Positions 31,356-40,892 of a stretch of 64,000 nt of DNA are shown here, one piece after another. Position numbers and translations under genes: made by a program. Where the stretch lies: positions 2,112,001-2,176,000 of the forward strand of contig OZ242010.1 of the NCBI GenBank assembly GCA_965204745.1. The letters are read 5' to 3'. Source of the DNA: Candidatus Latescibacterota bacterium (lineage in GTDB: Bacteria > Latescibacterota > UBA2968). Position 1 is the stretch's first letter, and every line of letters starts with the position of its first letter. The notes under the pieces are model-generated. The model ran no database searches. It was not told the origin of the DNA and saw only the letters and a list, made by a program, of their open reading frames with translations.

Positions 31356-32273
31356 ATGACGACCAAATTGCCGGCGGCGGTTGATCCGTCGGTCGATCCC
31401 CTAGTTGAGAACGGCGTTTTTTATCCCGAAACGGACGGTGTACCCTTGCCCGATGGAGAATTCCAATATCCGCTTTTCCACACGGTTGTGATGCCGTTGC
31501 GACACCATTTCCGCAACCGTCCCCATGCCCGGGTCAATGGCAATACCTTCATCTACTACGAGGAGGGCAATCCCGCTCGGTGGATTTCCCCGGATTGCTA
31601 TGTGGCGTTCGATGTGGATGTGTCCCTGATCGAATACCATAACACCTATCGGGTTTGGGCGATTGGCAAGCCGCCCGATTTTGTGATGGAGATCGGTTCG
31701 AAGAGCACGGCGCGGCGGGACATGAGAGAAAAGCGGGCTTTGTACGCCAAATTGGGCGTTGGCGAGTACTGGCGTTACGATGCCACAGACGACAGCGCGT
31801 TCTACGGCGAGCCGTTGATCGGCGAACATCTCCTGGATGGGGCGTATGAGCGTCTGCCCTTGAGCCCGATGCCCGATGGGATTTGGGGACATAGCCCAAC
31901 TTTGGGCTTGGATTTGCACTGGGATGCTGGCCGGCTGTGGTTTTACGATTCCGAGACGGGCGAACGCCTGCTCAGTTACGATGACCAAGCCGAAGCCCTG
32001 GAAGAGGTTGAGGACGCCTTACAAGAATCCGAGGCCGCCCATCGCGCTACTGAGGTTGCCCGCCGGCGTGAAGCCGCGGCCCATCGCGCCACTGAGGTTG
32101 CCCGCCGGCGTGAGACCGCGGCCCGACAAGCCGCCGAGGTTGCCCAACAAGCCGCCGAGGTTGCCCAACAAGCCGCCGAGGTTGCTTTGAGGGAGTCGGA
32201 AGCTGCCCGACAGCGCGAGGTGGCCGAACTTCAAGCGCAGTTGCGACGGTTGCGCGCCCAGCAAGGGGAATGA
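31356..32273 (+). CDS. Uma2 family endonuclease, copy 2 (305 aa)
   Basis: Nuclease domain identical to copy 1; tail 14 aa longer. Confidence 0.9.
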   Translation: MTTKLPAAVDPSVDPLVENGVFYPETDGVPLPDGEFQYPLFHTVVMPLRHHFRNRPHARVNGNTFIYYEEGNPARWISPDCYVAFDVDVSLIEYHNTYRVWAIGKPPDFVMEIGSKSTARRDMREKRALYAKLGVGEYWRYDATDDSAFYGEPLIGEHLLDGAYERLPLSPMPDGIWGHSPTLGLDLHWDAGRLWFYDSETGERLLSYDDQAEALEEVEDALQESEAAHRATEVARRREAAAHRATEVARRRETAARQAAEVAQQAAEVAQQAAEVALRESEAARQREVAELQAQLRRLRAQQGE

Positions 32274-32473
32274 AACCGCTATCATGGCAAAGGACGGAAA
32301 AATGGCCGATCTGACCGATGATACGGACGCTGATAAACCCCCATTTTTTAATCTGATTTGACGGCAATGCGCGCATTGCTTAAGTTTGTCACCGAAGAAT
32401 GGATGACCTATCGCCGGTGGCGGTTCGTCCGTTGGTCAACCGCTGCCGCCCCACGCTCACCGGGAGGTTCACG

Positions 32474-33328
32474 ATGACGACCAAATTGCCGGCGGCGGTT
32501 GATCCGTCGGTCGATCCCCTAGTTGAGAACGGCGTTTTTTATCCCGAAACGGACGGTGTACCCTTGCCCGATGGAGAGTTCCAATATCCGCTTTTCCACA
32601 CGGTTGTGATGCCGTTGCGACACCATTTCCGCAACCGTCCCCATGCCCGGGTCAATGGCAATACCTTCATCTACTACGAGGAGGGCAATCCCGCTCGGTG
32701 GATTTCCCCGGATTGCTATGTGGCGTTCGACGTGGATGTGTCTCTGATCGAATACCATAACACCTATCGGGTTTGGGCGATTGGCAAGCCACCCGATTTT
32801 GTGATGGAGATCGGTTCGAAGAGCACGGCGCGGCGAGACATGAGAGAAAAGCGGGCTTTGTACGCCAAATTGGGCGTTGGCGAGTACTGGCGTTACGATG
32901 CCACAGACGACAGCGCGTTCTACGGCGAGCCGTTGATCGGCGAACATCTCCTGGATGGGGCGTATGAGCGTCTGCCCTTGAGCCCGATGCCCGATGGGAT
33001 TTGGGGACATAGCCCAACTTTGGGCTTGGATTTGCACTGGGATGCTGGCCGGCTGTGGTTTTACGATTCCGAGACGGGCGAACGCCTGCTCAGTTACGAT
33101 GACCAAGCCGAAGCCCTGGAAGAGGTTGAGGACGCCTTGCAAGAATCCGAGGCCGCCCATCGCGCCACTGAGGTTGCCCGACGGCGTGAAGCCGCCGCCC
33201 GACAAGCCGCCGAGGTTGCCCAACAAGCCGCCGAGGTTGCTTTGAGAGAGTCGGAAGCCGCCCGACAGCGCGAGGTGGCCGAACTTCAAGCGCAGTTGCG
33301 ACGGTTGCGCGCCCAGCAAGGGGAATGA
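32474..33328 (+). CDS. Uma2 family endonuclease, copy 3 (284 aa)
   Basis: Nuclease domain identical to copy 1; tail 7 aa shorter. Confidence 0.9.
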   Translation: MTTKLPAAVDPSVDPLVENGVFYPETDGVPLPDGEFQYPLFHTVVMPLRHHFRNRPHARVNGNTFIYYEEGNPARWISPDCYVAFDVDVSLIEYHNTYRVWAIGKPPDFVMEIGSKSTARRDMREKRALYAKLGVGEYWRYDATDDSAFYGEPLIGEHLLDGAYERLPLSPMPDGIWGHSPTLGLDLHWDAGRLWFYDSETGERLLSYDDQAEALEEVEDALQESEAAHRATEVARRREAAARQAAEVAQQAAEVALRESEAARQREVAELQAQLRRLRAQQGE

Positions 33329-33338
33329 AACCGCTATC

Positions 33339-33695
33339 ATGGCAAAGGACGGAAAAATGGAAAAGCCAGATTTTAGCGAAGACGACCGCATCTTGGCCGA
33401 TCTGACCGATGATACGGACATCGAAGCGTTTGGCAATTTGATGGCGCATGCCCACGATCAAGGGGTCAGCGCAGCGGATTTTGTTCGGGAAGAACCGCGC
33501 CGCACCTCGCGCACGCGCATTCGCAAGTTGTGTTTGCAAAACCGCAAGCGATCCTTTCAGGTGATGCTGCGCTCCGTTCTCAAATCCCTGTGGGATCGCC
33601 CGGCAACCGACGCGACTATCGAATCCCTGTACGGCATCCCACCGCATTTGGACAAACCCCACCGCAATGGGCAACAGCGAAAGGAATCGGGGTGA
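33339..33695 (+). CDS. Hypothetical protein
   Basis: 118-aa ORF whose 5' ~80 bp is also copied at the ends of tandem units 1 and 2. Confidence 0.55.
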   Translation: MAKDGKMEKPDFSEDDRILADLTDDTDIEAFGNLMAHAHDQGVSAADFVREEPRRTSRTRIRKLCLQNRKRSFQVMLRSVLKSLWDRPATDATIESLYGIPPHLDKPHRNGQQRKESG

Positions 33696-33874
33696 ATAAT
33701 CCATTGACCCTTCGGGCGCACATCGCCGAAATCGAAGCCCTGCGAGACGATTTGTTGCCTTCTGCAAAGCGCGGACAGGCCGATGCGCGCGCCCATGTGG
33801 TGGCCCTGCACAAAGCCGCGATGGAAAAGCGCGACCGCCTGCGCGGGCATGTCCCCCGGGTGGTCGGTGAGTAA
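33692..33874 (+). CDS. Small hypothetical protein
   Basis: GTGA overlap with the previous ORF; helical 60 aa; fills the gap to ruvX. Confidence 0.45.
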   Translation: MNNPLTLRAHIAEIEALRDDLLPSAKRGQADARAHVVALHKAAMEKRDRLRGHVPRVVGE

Positions 33875-33887
33875 CGAGGAGATCGGA

Positions 33888-34298
33888 ATGGCGCGTATTT
33901 TGGGGATCGACTTTGGCAGGCGGCGCGTGGGCCTTGCCATATCCGACGAGTTGCAACTCACCGTGCGGGGGTTGCCCACGATCGACGTCCGCAATTTCGC
34001 TGACAGTATCGCGCAGGTCGCGCAGGTCGCGGCCCGAGAAGAGGCAGAGCAAGTGGTCGTCGGCTTGCCCTTAAACATGGATGGTAGCCGTGGGGAAATG
34101 GCACAACTCGCAGAGCATTTCGCTTCCCAACTCGCAACGCTGTGCGGCCTGCCGGTTTGCATGTGCGACGAACGGCTTTCATCCGCAGGCGCGAAACGCA
34201 CCTTGCGGGCCGTTTCCGCAAAAACGCACAAAGGCGCGGTGGATCGCCTGGCCGCGGTCTTGATTCTCGAAACCCATTTGCAGCGCGAAGGGAGATAG
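33888..34298 (+). CDS. ruvX: YqgF/RuvX family pre-16S rRNA nuclease
   Basis: ILGIDFG.RRVGLAISD, VVGLP..MDG, DERLSS, VD..AA..IL. Confidence 0.93.
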   Translation: MARILGIDFGRRRVGLAISDELQLTVRGLPTIDVRNFADSIAQVAQVAAREEAEQVVVGLPLNMDGSRGEMAQLAEHFASQLATLCGLPVCMCDERLSSAGAKRTLRAVSAKTHKGAVDRLAAVLILETHLQREGR

Positions 34299-34304
34299 GC
34301 CCTC

Positions 34305-35312
34305 ATGTCAAAATTCATCTTTGTCTTGCTCGTCGTGCCCATCGCGTGCATTCTGGCCGCGGTCGCGGGGGTTGTGATTTTGAACCGGCCCACGGGTGTG
34401 GTTGCCAAAGATATCGAGATTCCACCTGGGGCGAGCGTGGAACAGATCGCCCGACAACTCCACCGGGAACGTCTGATCCGCGACCCGCGCTTGTTGCAAC
34501 TGTTCGCGTATCTCAAGGGCAGCGGCCGCAAATTGATGGCGGGCGTCCATCCCTTTAGCGGTCACATGACGACTTATGGGGTGTTGCTCGAATTGGAGCG
34601 CCCACGCGATGCCGCTGTGTCGGTGACGATTCCCGAGGGCTTGCGAAAGGAAAAGATCGCGGCGATCCTGGCGGACAAATTGGATCTCGACCGACAAAAA
34701 TTGCTCGCCCTGATGAACGATGCCGAATTTTGCAAAACCCTTTTCGTGCCGACCGACGATCTCGAAGGGTACTTGTTTCCGGAAACGTATAAATTTTCAG
34801 TGGTCGCATCCGAACAGCGCGTGCTACGCACCATGGTCGGGCATTTTCACGCGGTTTTTGATGACCGCCTGAAACGCCGCGCTCGGGAACGCGGGATGAG
34901 CATGCACGAGGTGGTCACGCTGGCCTCTATCGTCGAGGGCGAAACCTGCTGGGACAACGAGCGCGATACCATTGCAGCGGTTTATCACAACCGCCTCCAA
35001 AAGGGGATGCGCCTGCAAGCCGACCCCACGGTGCAATACGCGCTTCCCGATGGCCCGCGCCGCTTGTTCTACAAGGATTACGACTACGATTCGCCCTATA
35101 ATACCTATCGCCACGCGGGGTTGCCGCCCGGGCCCATCGGCAGCCCGGGAAAAGCGTCTATCGAAGCCGCGCTCTTTCCCGCCGATGTCGATTATCTCTT
35201 TTTTGTGGCAACCGGCGAGGGCGGGCATGTTTTTACGCGCACCTTTCAAGAACACTCGGCAGCCAAGCAAAAGACCATGCCCGCACGGAAAAATTCCTGG
35301 GGCGAGGAGTGA
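34305..35312 (+). CDS. mltG: Endolytic transglycosylase MltG
   Basis: IPEG, LEGYLFPETY, LASIVE.E, LQADPTV.Y, SPYNTY..GLPPGPI. Confidence 0.95.
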   Translation: MSKFIFVLLVVPIACILAAVAGVVILNRPTGVVAKDIEIPPGASVEQIARQLHRERLIRDPRLLQLFAYLKGSGRKLMAGVHPFSGHMTTYGVLLELERPRDAAVSVTIPEGLRKEKIAAILADKLDLDRQKLLALMNDAEFCKTLFVPTDDLEGYLFPETYKFSVVASEQRVLRTMVGHFHAVFDDRLKRRARERGMSMHEVVTLASIVEGETCWDNERDTIAAVYHNRLQKGMRLQADPTVQYALPDGPRRLFYKDYDYDSPYNTYRHAGLPPGPIGSPGKASIEAALFPADVDYLFFVATGEGGHVFTRTFQEHSAAKQKTMPARKNSWGEE

Positions 35313-35315
35313 ACC

Positions 35316-37478
35316 ATGACGTCCATTTTGCACGGATTAAATGACGCACAGCGCGAAGCAGTACAGGCGGTCGCCGGCCCGGTGCTCGTGCTCGCGGGCG
35401 CGGGGTCGGGCAAAACGCGCGTTTTGACGCGGCGCATCGCCTATTTGCTGGCCGAGTGCAATGTCGATCCGCGCGGCATTTTGGCGATGACCTTTACCAA
35501 TAAGGCCGCCGGCGAAATGCGCGAGCGCGTGGAAGACCTGTTGCAAACCTCGTGCAAGACCATGTGGATCGGCTCGTTCCACAGCTTGTGTGCGCGCCTG
35601 TTGCGGCCACACGCCGAACGGGTGGGGTTGCGATCCAATTTTACGATTTACGATGCGACAGATCAACTCGAGCTCCTCAAGCGGGTCATTGCCGACGAGG
35701 AACTCGCCGAACGAGAATGGCCTGCGCGGCAAATTCGCGCGCGGATCACCCAAGCCAAAAATGCGATGGCGGACGCGGATGTTCTCGCACAGCGCGCGGG
35801 CACGTTTTACGAACAGACGGTCGCACGGATTTTTCGCCATTATCAAGACGCTTTGAGGCAGAACAACGCGGTTGACTTTGACGACTTGTTGATGTTGAGC
35901 GTGGAATTGATCCGCGATCACAAAGACGTGCGCCAAACCTATCAGGCGCGGTTTTCGCACATTCTCATCGACGAGTACCAAGACACCAACCGGCCGCAGT
36001 ACCTCTTTGCGCGCTATTTGGCCGAGGCGCATCAAAATATCTGCGTGGTGGGCGATGACGATCAGAGCATCTATGCGTGGCGCGGCGCGGATATTCGCAA
36101 TATTCTCGATTTTGAAGCCGATTATCCCAACGCGCTCGTCGTGCGGCTCGAACAAAATTACCGTTCCACGCAGGTAATTTTGGACGCGGGCAATGCCGTG
36201 ATTCGCAACAACGCAGGGCGCAAGGGCAAGGAATTGTGGACGGACCGCGCAGGGGGCGAGAAGATCCGGTTGAAGCGCTGTGCGGATGAAACCGAAGAGG
36301 CCCTGTGGATCGCCGGCGTGGCGCGGGATTTTAGACGGGCGCATGCCTATCGCAACATGGCCGTGCTCTACCGCACCAATGCCCAATCTCGCGCTATCGA
36401 AGAGAGCCTGAGGCGTGCGAATATCCCCTATCAAATCGTGGGCGATGTGCGGTTTTACGAGCGCAAAGAGGTCAAGGATGTGCTCGCCTATCTCAAACTG
36501 GTGGTCAATCCGCACGATTCCATCAGCTTTTGGCGCGTGCTCAACACGCCGAAGCGCGGCATCGGCAAGACCTCGGCAGAGCGCCTCGACGATTTTGCCA
36601 TGCGCGAGGGCCTCGCGCCCTACGACGCGCTTGCGCGGTTGGGTGAAGTCAATACGCTTCCCGCGCGCACGGCGCGCACCATGCGCGGTTTTTACGAGTT
36701 GATCGAGGGTTTTCGCCGCGACATGGCGACCCTGCCCGCGGATGAACTCGCGGCAAAACTGGTCGTTGACACCGAGTATTTGCGCGATTTTGAGAAGCTC
36801 GTGCGGGAAGAACGCGAATCCCGCAAGGCGCATGTCGAGGAATTGTTGACGGATATTCAGCTTTTTGTCGAGCAATCTGACGATGTTTCCCTCGAGGCGT
36901 ATTTGCGAAAGGTTTCGCTGGTGACAGACGTGGATCAGTGGGAACAGGCGGTCGACGCCATAACCTTGATGACCCTGCACAGCGCGAAGGGCTTGGAATT
37001 TCCCATCGTGTTTATCGCGGGCCTCGAAGACGGGCTGTTTCCCATTTTGCGCCCGGGCGCAGAAGGGGATTTGGAAGACGCCTTAGAGGAAGAACGCCGG
37101 CTGTTTTACGTGGGCATCACCCGCGCAGAAGAGCGGCTCTTTTTGTCTTATGCGATGCGGCGGCGGCACTACAGCGGCGCGGTGTCGTGTTCGGCGTCTC
37201 GGTTCCTGTCCGAAGTTCCCGAAGACCTGCTCGACGCCGGGTTCAAGATCCGCGAGGATAGTGCCGCGCCGCGCCGAAAATCGCCCCCCCCTCGGCAGCG
37301 ATACCCGGGAGAGTCGTTCGTCATGGATGTCGGCTCTTGGGTCGTACACCCTGCCTGGGGCCGCGGGCAAATTCAAAGCCGCACGGGCTCCGGGCAAAGT
37401 GCCAAACTCAAAGTGAAATTCGCCGATGGAAGCGCCAAAACGCTCATGGTCAAATTTGCCAACCTCCAGCCCGGGTAA
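35316..37478 (+). CDS. pcrA: ATP-dependent DNA helicase PcrA/UvrD
   Basis: AGAGSGKT, DEYQDTN, VGDDDQSIY, TLHSAKGLEF, EERRLFYVG; C-terminal Tudor-like domain. Confidence 0.95.
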   Translation: MTSILHGLNDAQREAVQAVAGPVLVLAGAGSGKTRVLTRRIAYLLAECNVDPRGILAMTFTNKAAGEMRERVEDLLQTSCKTMWIGSFHSLCARLLRPHAERVGLRSNFTIYDATDQLELLKRVIADEELAEREWPARQIRARITQAKNAMADADVLAQRAGTFYEQTVARIFRHYQDALRQNNAVDFDDLLMLSVELIRDHKDVRQTYQARFSHILIDEYQDTNRPQYLFARYLAEAHQNICVVGDDDQSIYAWRGADIRNILDFEADYPNALVVRLEQNYRSTQVILDAGNAVIRNNAGRKGKELWTDRAGGEKIRLKRCADETEEALWIAGVARDFRRAHAYRNMAVLYRTNAQSRAIEESLRRANIPYQIVGDVRFYERKEVKDVLAYLKLVVNPHDSISFWRVLNTPKRGIGKTSAERLDDFAMREGLAPYDALARLGEVNTLPARTARTMRGFYELIEGFRRDMATLPADELAAKLVVDTEYLRDFEKLVREERESRKAHVEELLTDIQLFVEQSDDVSLEAYLRKVSLVTDVDQWEQAVDAITLMTLHSAKGLEFPIVFIAGLEDGLFPILRPGAEGDLEDALEEERRLFYVGITRAEERLFLSYAMRRRHYSGAVSCSASRFLSEVPEDLLDAGFKIREDSAAPRRKSPPPRQRYPGESFVMDVGSWVVHPAWGRGQIQSRTGSGQSAKLKVKFADGSAKTLMVKFANLQPG

Positions 37479-37529
37479 AATCCACGCATACAACTCGTAA
37501 GAAGTGCCCGCGGATCAGAGGGCCAACCG

Positions 37530-39332
37530 ATGAGACTCCTCCACTACCTCGAGATCGAAAACTTCAAGCGTTTCGGCGACAAGCAGCGCATTGAGTTGGA
37601 TCATCCCGCGGTCCTCATCGGTCCGAACAACTGCGGCAAAACCACCGCAATCCAAGCGATCTCGCTCTGGTCGCAGGCGGTCAAAACGTGGTTTGCCAGC
37701 AAGGGCCAGGCCCCTCCCAAACAGCGGACATCCACTTCGCTCAACCGCCTCAACATCGTCTCGGTGCCAGTGGGACGCACCCGCGAATTTTGGCATAATC
37801 TGGCCGTGCGTACCGGCAACCAAAATATCGCGCTGCGGATCACGCTCGGGGTTTTGCACCAGAACAACATCGCGCCGGTCACGATGTGCTTTCGCAACCA
37901 AGGCGACGATTTGGTGTATTGCACACCGGCCCCGGAAACCCTTGCACGGCCCGAAATCATCGCGGCAGCAACGCGATTCAACGTCGAGTTGCTCTATCCC
38001 ATGTCCGGACTCGAAACCGAAGAACCCATCCTGCAACGCGGACGCATTGACGTGCTCATGGGACAGGGACAGACCGCGCAGGTGCTGCGCAACCTGTGTT
38101 TGATGGTCTGGAAGCACGCGCCCGAGGATTGGCAACGGATCACCGAGTTGATAAAACGCCTCTTTGCGGTCCAACTCGGCGCCCCCAAGGAAAACGCACG
38201 CGGCAGCATTGACCTCCACTACCGGCAAGCCGAGGTGCGAGAGCCATTGGACATCGCGCTCGCCGGACGCGGGTTACAGCAAATGTTGCTGATTTTCGCC
38301 TACCTGTATTCGCATCGCGGCAGCGTCCTCCTCATCGACGAGCCTGACGCCCACCTAGAGATCCTGCGGCAACAACAGGTGTATGTGTTGTTGCGCGAAA
38401 TCGCCACGCAAAACGAGTCGCAGGTCGTCATGGTCACTCACTCGGAGGTGATCCTCGAGGAAGCCTTGGAAAGCAATCTCACCCTGTTATTGGAAGGAAA
38501 GGCCGACAACCTCGCCGCAAAAAGATCGGACATTCGCAACGCCCTCAAGTACTATGGGGCCGGCCACTACCTCCGCGCACGGCAACGGGGCTATGTGCTC
38601 TATGTGGAGGGCCGCACCGATCTCGATATCCTGCGCGTGTTGGCAAAACGGCTAGGGCACGCGGTGGAGCGTGCTTGGGACGAGCGGATGAACGCCTTTT
38701 ACGTGCGAGACAACTTCCCAGATGTAAATCTCGACTCGGAACTCGAGCGCGTTGCCGGAGGCTTTGGCACGTCGCCAAAGCAACATTTTTTTGCATTGCG
38801 TGCTATGGTGCCCAAACTCAGCGGACTGGCTATCCTCGACAACGATGGCAGGCAGCGGCATGACTCGACAGACGGCGGCCTCCAGATTTCCTACTGGCGG
38901 CGTTACGAGATCGAAAACTACTTTGTCACGCCCGCGGTCCTAAAAACTTATGCGATCCAGGCTTACCGCGACTTGCCCCTCTTCAACCAGTTCCAGAGCG
39001 AAATTGATGAAGTCCTCGACGGCCTGATTTTGCAGCGCGTCTTCGCCGGACACACCGCGGACTATGCCACCTATCGGGGACTCGCTGCCGACGCGGCCCG
39101 CCTCGTGTGGGAAGCCCGCACCGAGCGGCAAAAGCTCGGCGACTTCGCCGAGGAGTTTTTTCGCCGCCTTGGCCACCGGCTAGGCCACCCGATGTTGCTA
39201 CGCAAATCAGAGTTGCATCGCCTTGTCCATTTTGTCGATCCGCAGGACATACCTGAAGAAGTCACGCAGAAGCTCGACCTGCTCGCGTCCCTCTTCGCCT
39301 CGGTGCAACCGAGTGAGGAAACGCGGGTGTGA
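37530..39332 (+). CDS. OLD-like ATP-dependent nuclease (ABC ATPase + TOPRIM)
   Basis: GPNNCGKT, AGRGLQQ, LLIDEPDAHL, VTHS; TOPRIM-like YVEGRTD and LDND. Confidence 0.8.
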   Translation: MRLLHYLEIENFKRFGDKQRIELDHPAVLIGPNNCGKTTAIQAISLWSQAVKTWFASKGQAPPKQRTSTSLNRLNIVSVPVGRTREFWHNLAVRTGNQNIALRITLGVLHQNNIAPVTMCFRNQGDDLVYCTPAPETLARPEIIAAATRFNVELLYPMSGLETEEPILQRGRIDVLMGQGQTAQVLRNLCLMVWKHAPEDWQRITELIKRLFAVQLGAPKENARGSIDLHYRQAEVREPLDIALAGRGLQQMLLIFAYLYSHRGSVLLIDEPDAHLEILRQQQVYVLLREIATQNESQVVMVTHSEVILEEALESNLTLLLEGKADNLAAKRSDIRNALKYYGAGHYLRARQRGYVLYVEGRTDLDILRVLAKRLGHAVERAWDERMNAFYVRDNFPDVNLDSELERVAGGFGTSPKQHFFALRAMVPKLSGLAILDNDGRQRHDSTDGGLQISYWRRYEIENYFVTPAVLKTYAIQAYRDLPLFNQFQSEIDEVLDGLILQRVFAGHTADYATYRGLAADAARLVWEARTERQKLGDFAEEFFRRLGHRLGHPMLLRKSELHRLVHFVDPQDIPEEVTQKLDLLASLFASVQPSEETRV

Positions 39333-39431
39333 TTGAATTAACTGATCTTGGGTTTTGATTCGCGGAACGATCAAGAGCCTATCGTGCCGCCCCACAGCTC
39401 GGATAAACCACCAATGGGGATTTCCATAACG

Positions 39432-40358
39432 ATGCCACGCTACCAACTTCGCCTCAGCGGCCCTAAAGAGAACGAGGGCCAGATCAAAGTGTCGGTGCTT
39501 CAGCGCTCTCTAGATGCCCTTGTCAAGACAGCGGAATGCGCCACCCGCCTGCTGGTCACCGGCGAAGGTCGCGGGAGGGGGCCGAAACCCAAGTGGCTAC
39601 GCGCCGTTCTCGACTTCACTATCGCTGGACGAAAACGCGGCGCGACCGTTTTTGAGATCGAGGCACCCCAACTCGGTGAGATAGCCCACGCGCAATTTGC
39701 CCGACAGCATTTCTGGCGTGAACGGTTTACCATGCAAGACACCGCCGTCGATCTCGCCGCGCTGGCGATCCGAGAAGCCCAAGAAGCGACCTCCTCAGGC
39801 GACTGGTTTGACAGTGCTGTTCTTCGTGCGATTCTCCGATTTCGGCCATCTGCTAATATCCGCTATCACCTAATTCCGCGGAAATCAGCGCACGGGCAGT
39901 TCACACTCGACGCTTCAACTTGCGTCCAGATTGCGGAGCGGTTGAAAAGCCTTCCGCCTTCACGGGCATTTATCGTTAGCGGTAGGATCGTAGAGATCGC
40001 ACCTGGAAGCGGTCACTTTCTCCTCAACTTGGGCGATGAAAGGAAAATATTTGGTCGCCTACAATTGGAGAAATTCGGTGTCGACGCGTTGCGGTCATTG
40101 TGGGGCAAGCGTGCAACTGTTCAAGGCATGGTTCACTTCAAGGCCGATAGTCAACCCCGACTCATTGAAGCCCACCGGCTGAGAGCCTATCGAGCCGGAG
40201 ATGCCGTATTTGCAAAATTGCCTTCTGCCGAGATGTCCAAGTCCCGTGGCTTGACACCGCTACGAGAAAAGCGAGCCCGATCTTTTGATCTCCTAAGTTT
40301 ATGCGGCACATGGCCCGGCGACGAACCTGTCGAAGACCTGTTGGCGCAGATGGGTTGA
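39432..40358 (+). CDS. Hypothetical protein (OB-fold-like C-terminal region, antitoxin-like tail)
   Basis: 308-aa ORF ending GTWPGDEPVEDLL. Confidence 0.65.
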   Translation: MPRYQLRLSGPKENEGQIKVSVLQRSLDALVKTAECATRLLVTGEGRGRGPKPKWLRAVLDFTIAGRKRGATVFEIEAPQLGEIAHAQFARQHFWRERFTMQDTAVDLAALAIREAQEATSSGDWFDSAVLRAILRFRPSANIRYHLIPRKSAHGQFTLDASTCVQIAERLKSLPPSRAFIVSGRIVEIAPGSGHFLLNLGDERKIFGRLQLEKFGVDALRSLWGKRATVQGMVHFKADSQPRLIEAHRLRAYRAGDAVFAKLPSAEMSKSRGLTPLREKRARSFDLLSLCGTWPGDEPVEDLLAQMG

Positions 40359-40468
40359 GCCTTATTGACTCCTCTCGGGCTATGTGCCATTTGGCGCGAG
40401 GGCAGATTTTTTGATTGGGTTTTGATTTGCGAAACGATCCACTGACCACTAACCACCGAGCCACCACC

Positions 40469-40756
40469 ATGCCCGTCACAAAAAATGATGTACAAAAAGT
40501 CGCGCAACTCGCGCGGTTGGCGTTTACGCCTGAAGAAGAGGCCCAACTCATCGGCGATTTGAACCGCATGCTCGAATACGTCGCGGCACTCGATCAACTC
40601 GACACGAGCGGAGTCGCGCCAACAGCGCATGTGCTGCCGCTGGAGAATGCGTTTCGGGACGATGTGACGCGCCCCTCGCTGAATCGGGCAGACGCGCTGG
40701 GCAATGCCCCACTTGCTGGGCAGGGCCATTTTCTCGTCCCCAAAGTGATCGAGTGA
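40469..40756 (+). CDS. gatC: Asp/Glu-tRNA amidotransferase subunit C
   Basis: VAQLARL, LDTSGV.PT.H, FRDD, NAP....FLVPKVIE. Confidence 0.95.
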   Translation: MPVTKNDVQKVAQLARLAFTPEEEAQLIGDLNRMLEYVAALDQLDTSGVAPTAHVLPLENAFRDDVTRPSLNRADALGNAPLAGQGHFLVPKVIE

Positions 40757-40785
40757 AGAACCCCGCGCTAAAGCATCGGGGCTTC
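40753..40785 (+). mobile_element. IS200/IS605-like terminal hairpin remnant
   Basis: GTGAAGAACCCCGCGCTAAAGCATCGGGGCTTC starting at the gatC stop codon. Confidence 0.45.
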
Positions 40786-40892
40786 AACGGCTGTTTAGGT
40801 AATGGGTCGGCGGCGGATGAACTCCCCGCCGATTTTTTGTTAGACCTGCGGGAGCGCGTAGGATTTCGGATGCACCCAAGGACGGCCCTCTT

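Larger units (their letters stand above)
30095..33419 (+). repeat. Three-copy ~1.1 kb tandem duplication carrying Uma2 genes
   Basis: Near-identical units start GCTGATAA..CCCATTTTT and end ...GATACGGAC. Confidence 0.95.

Noticed and set aside
30095-33419. Uma2 triplet as a diversity-generating retroelement or integron cassette array
   Set aside because: No reverse transcriptase or integrase in the window; differences are not adenine-specific; units are whole-gene duplications that include a fragment of the neighbouring gene
35316-39332. UvrD helicase next to an OLD-like nuclease suggesting Gabija (GajAB)
   Set aside because: The helicase is a full-length housekeeping PcrA with C-terminal Tudor-like domain in the ruvX-mltG operon, and the gene order is opposite to gajA-gajB
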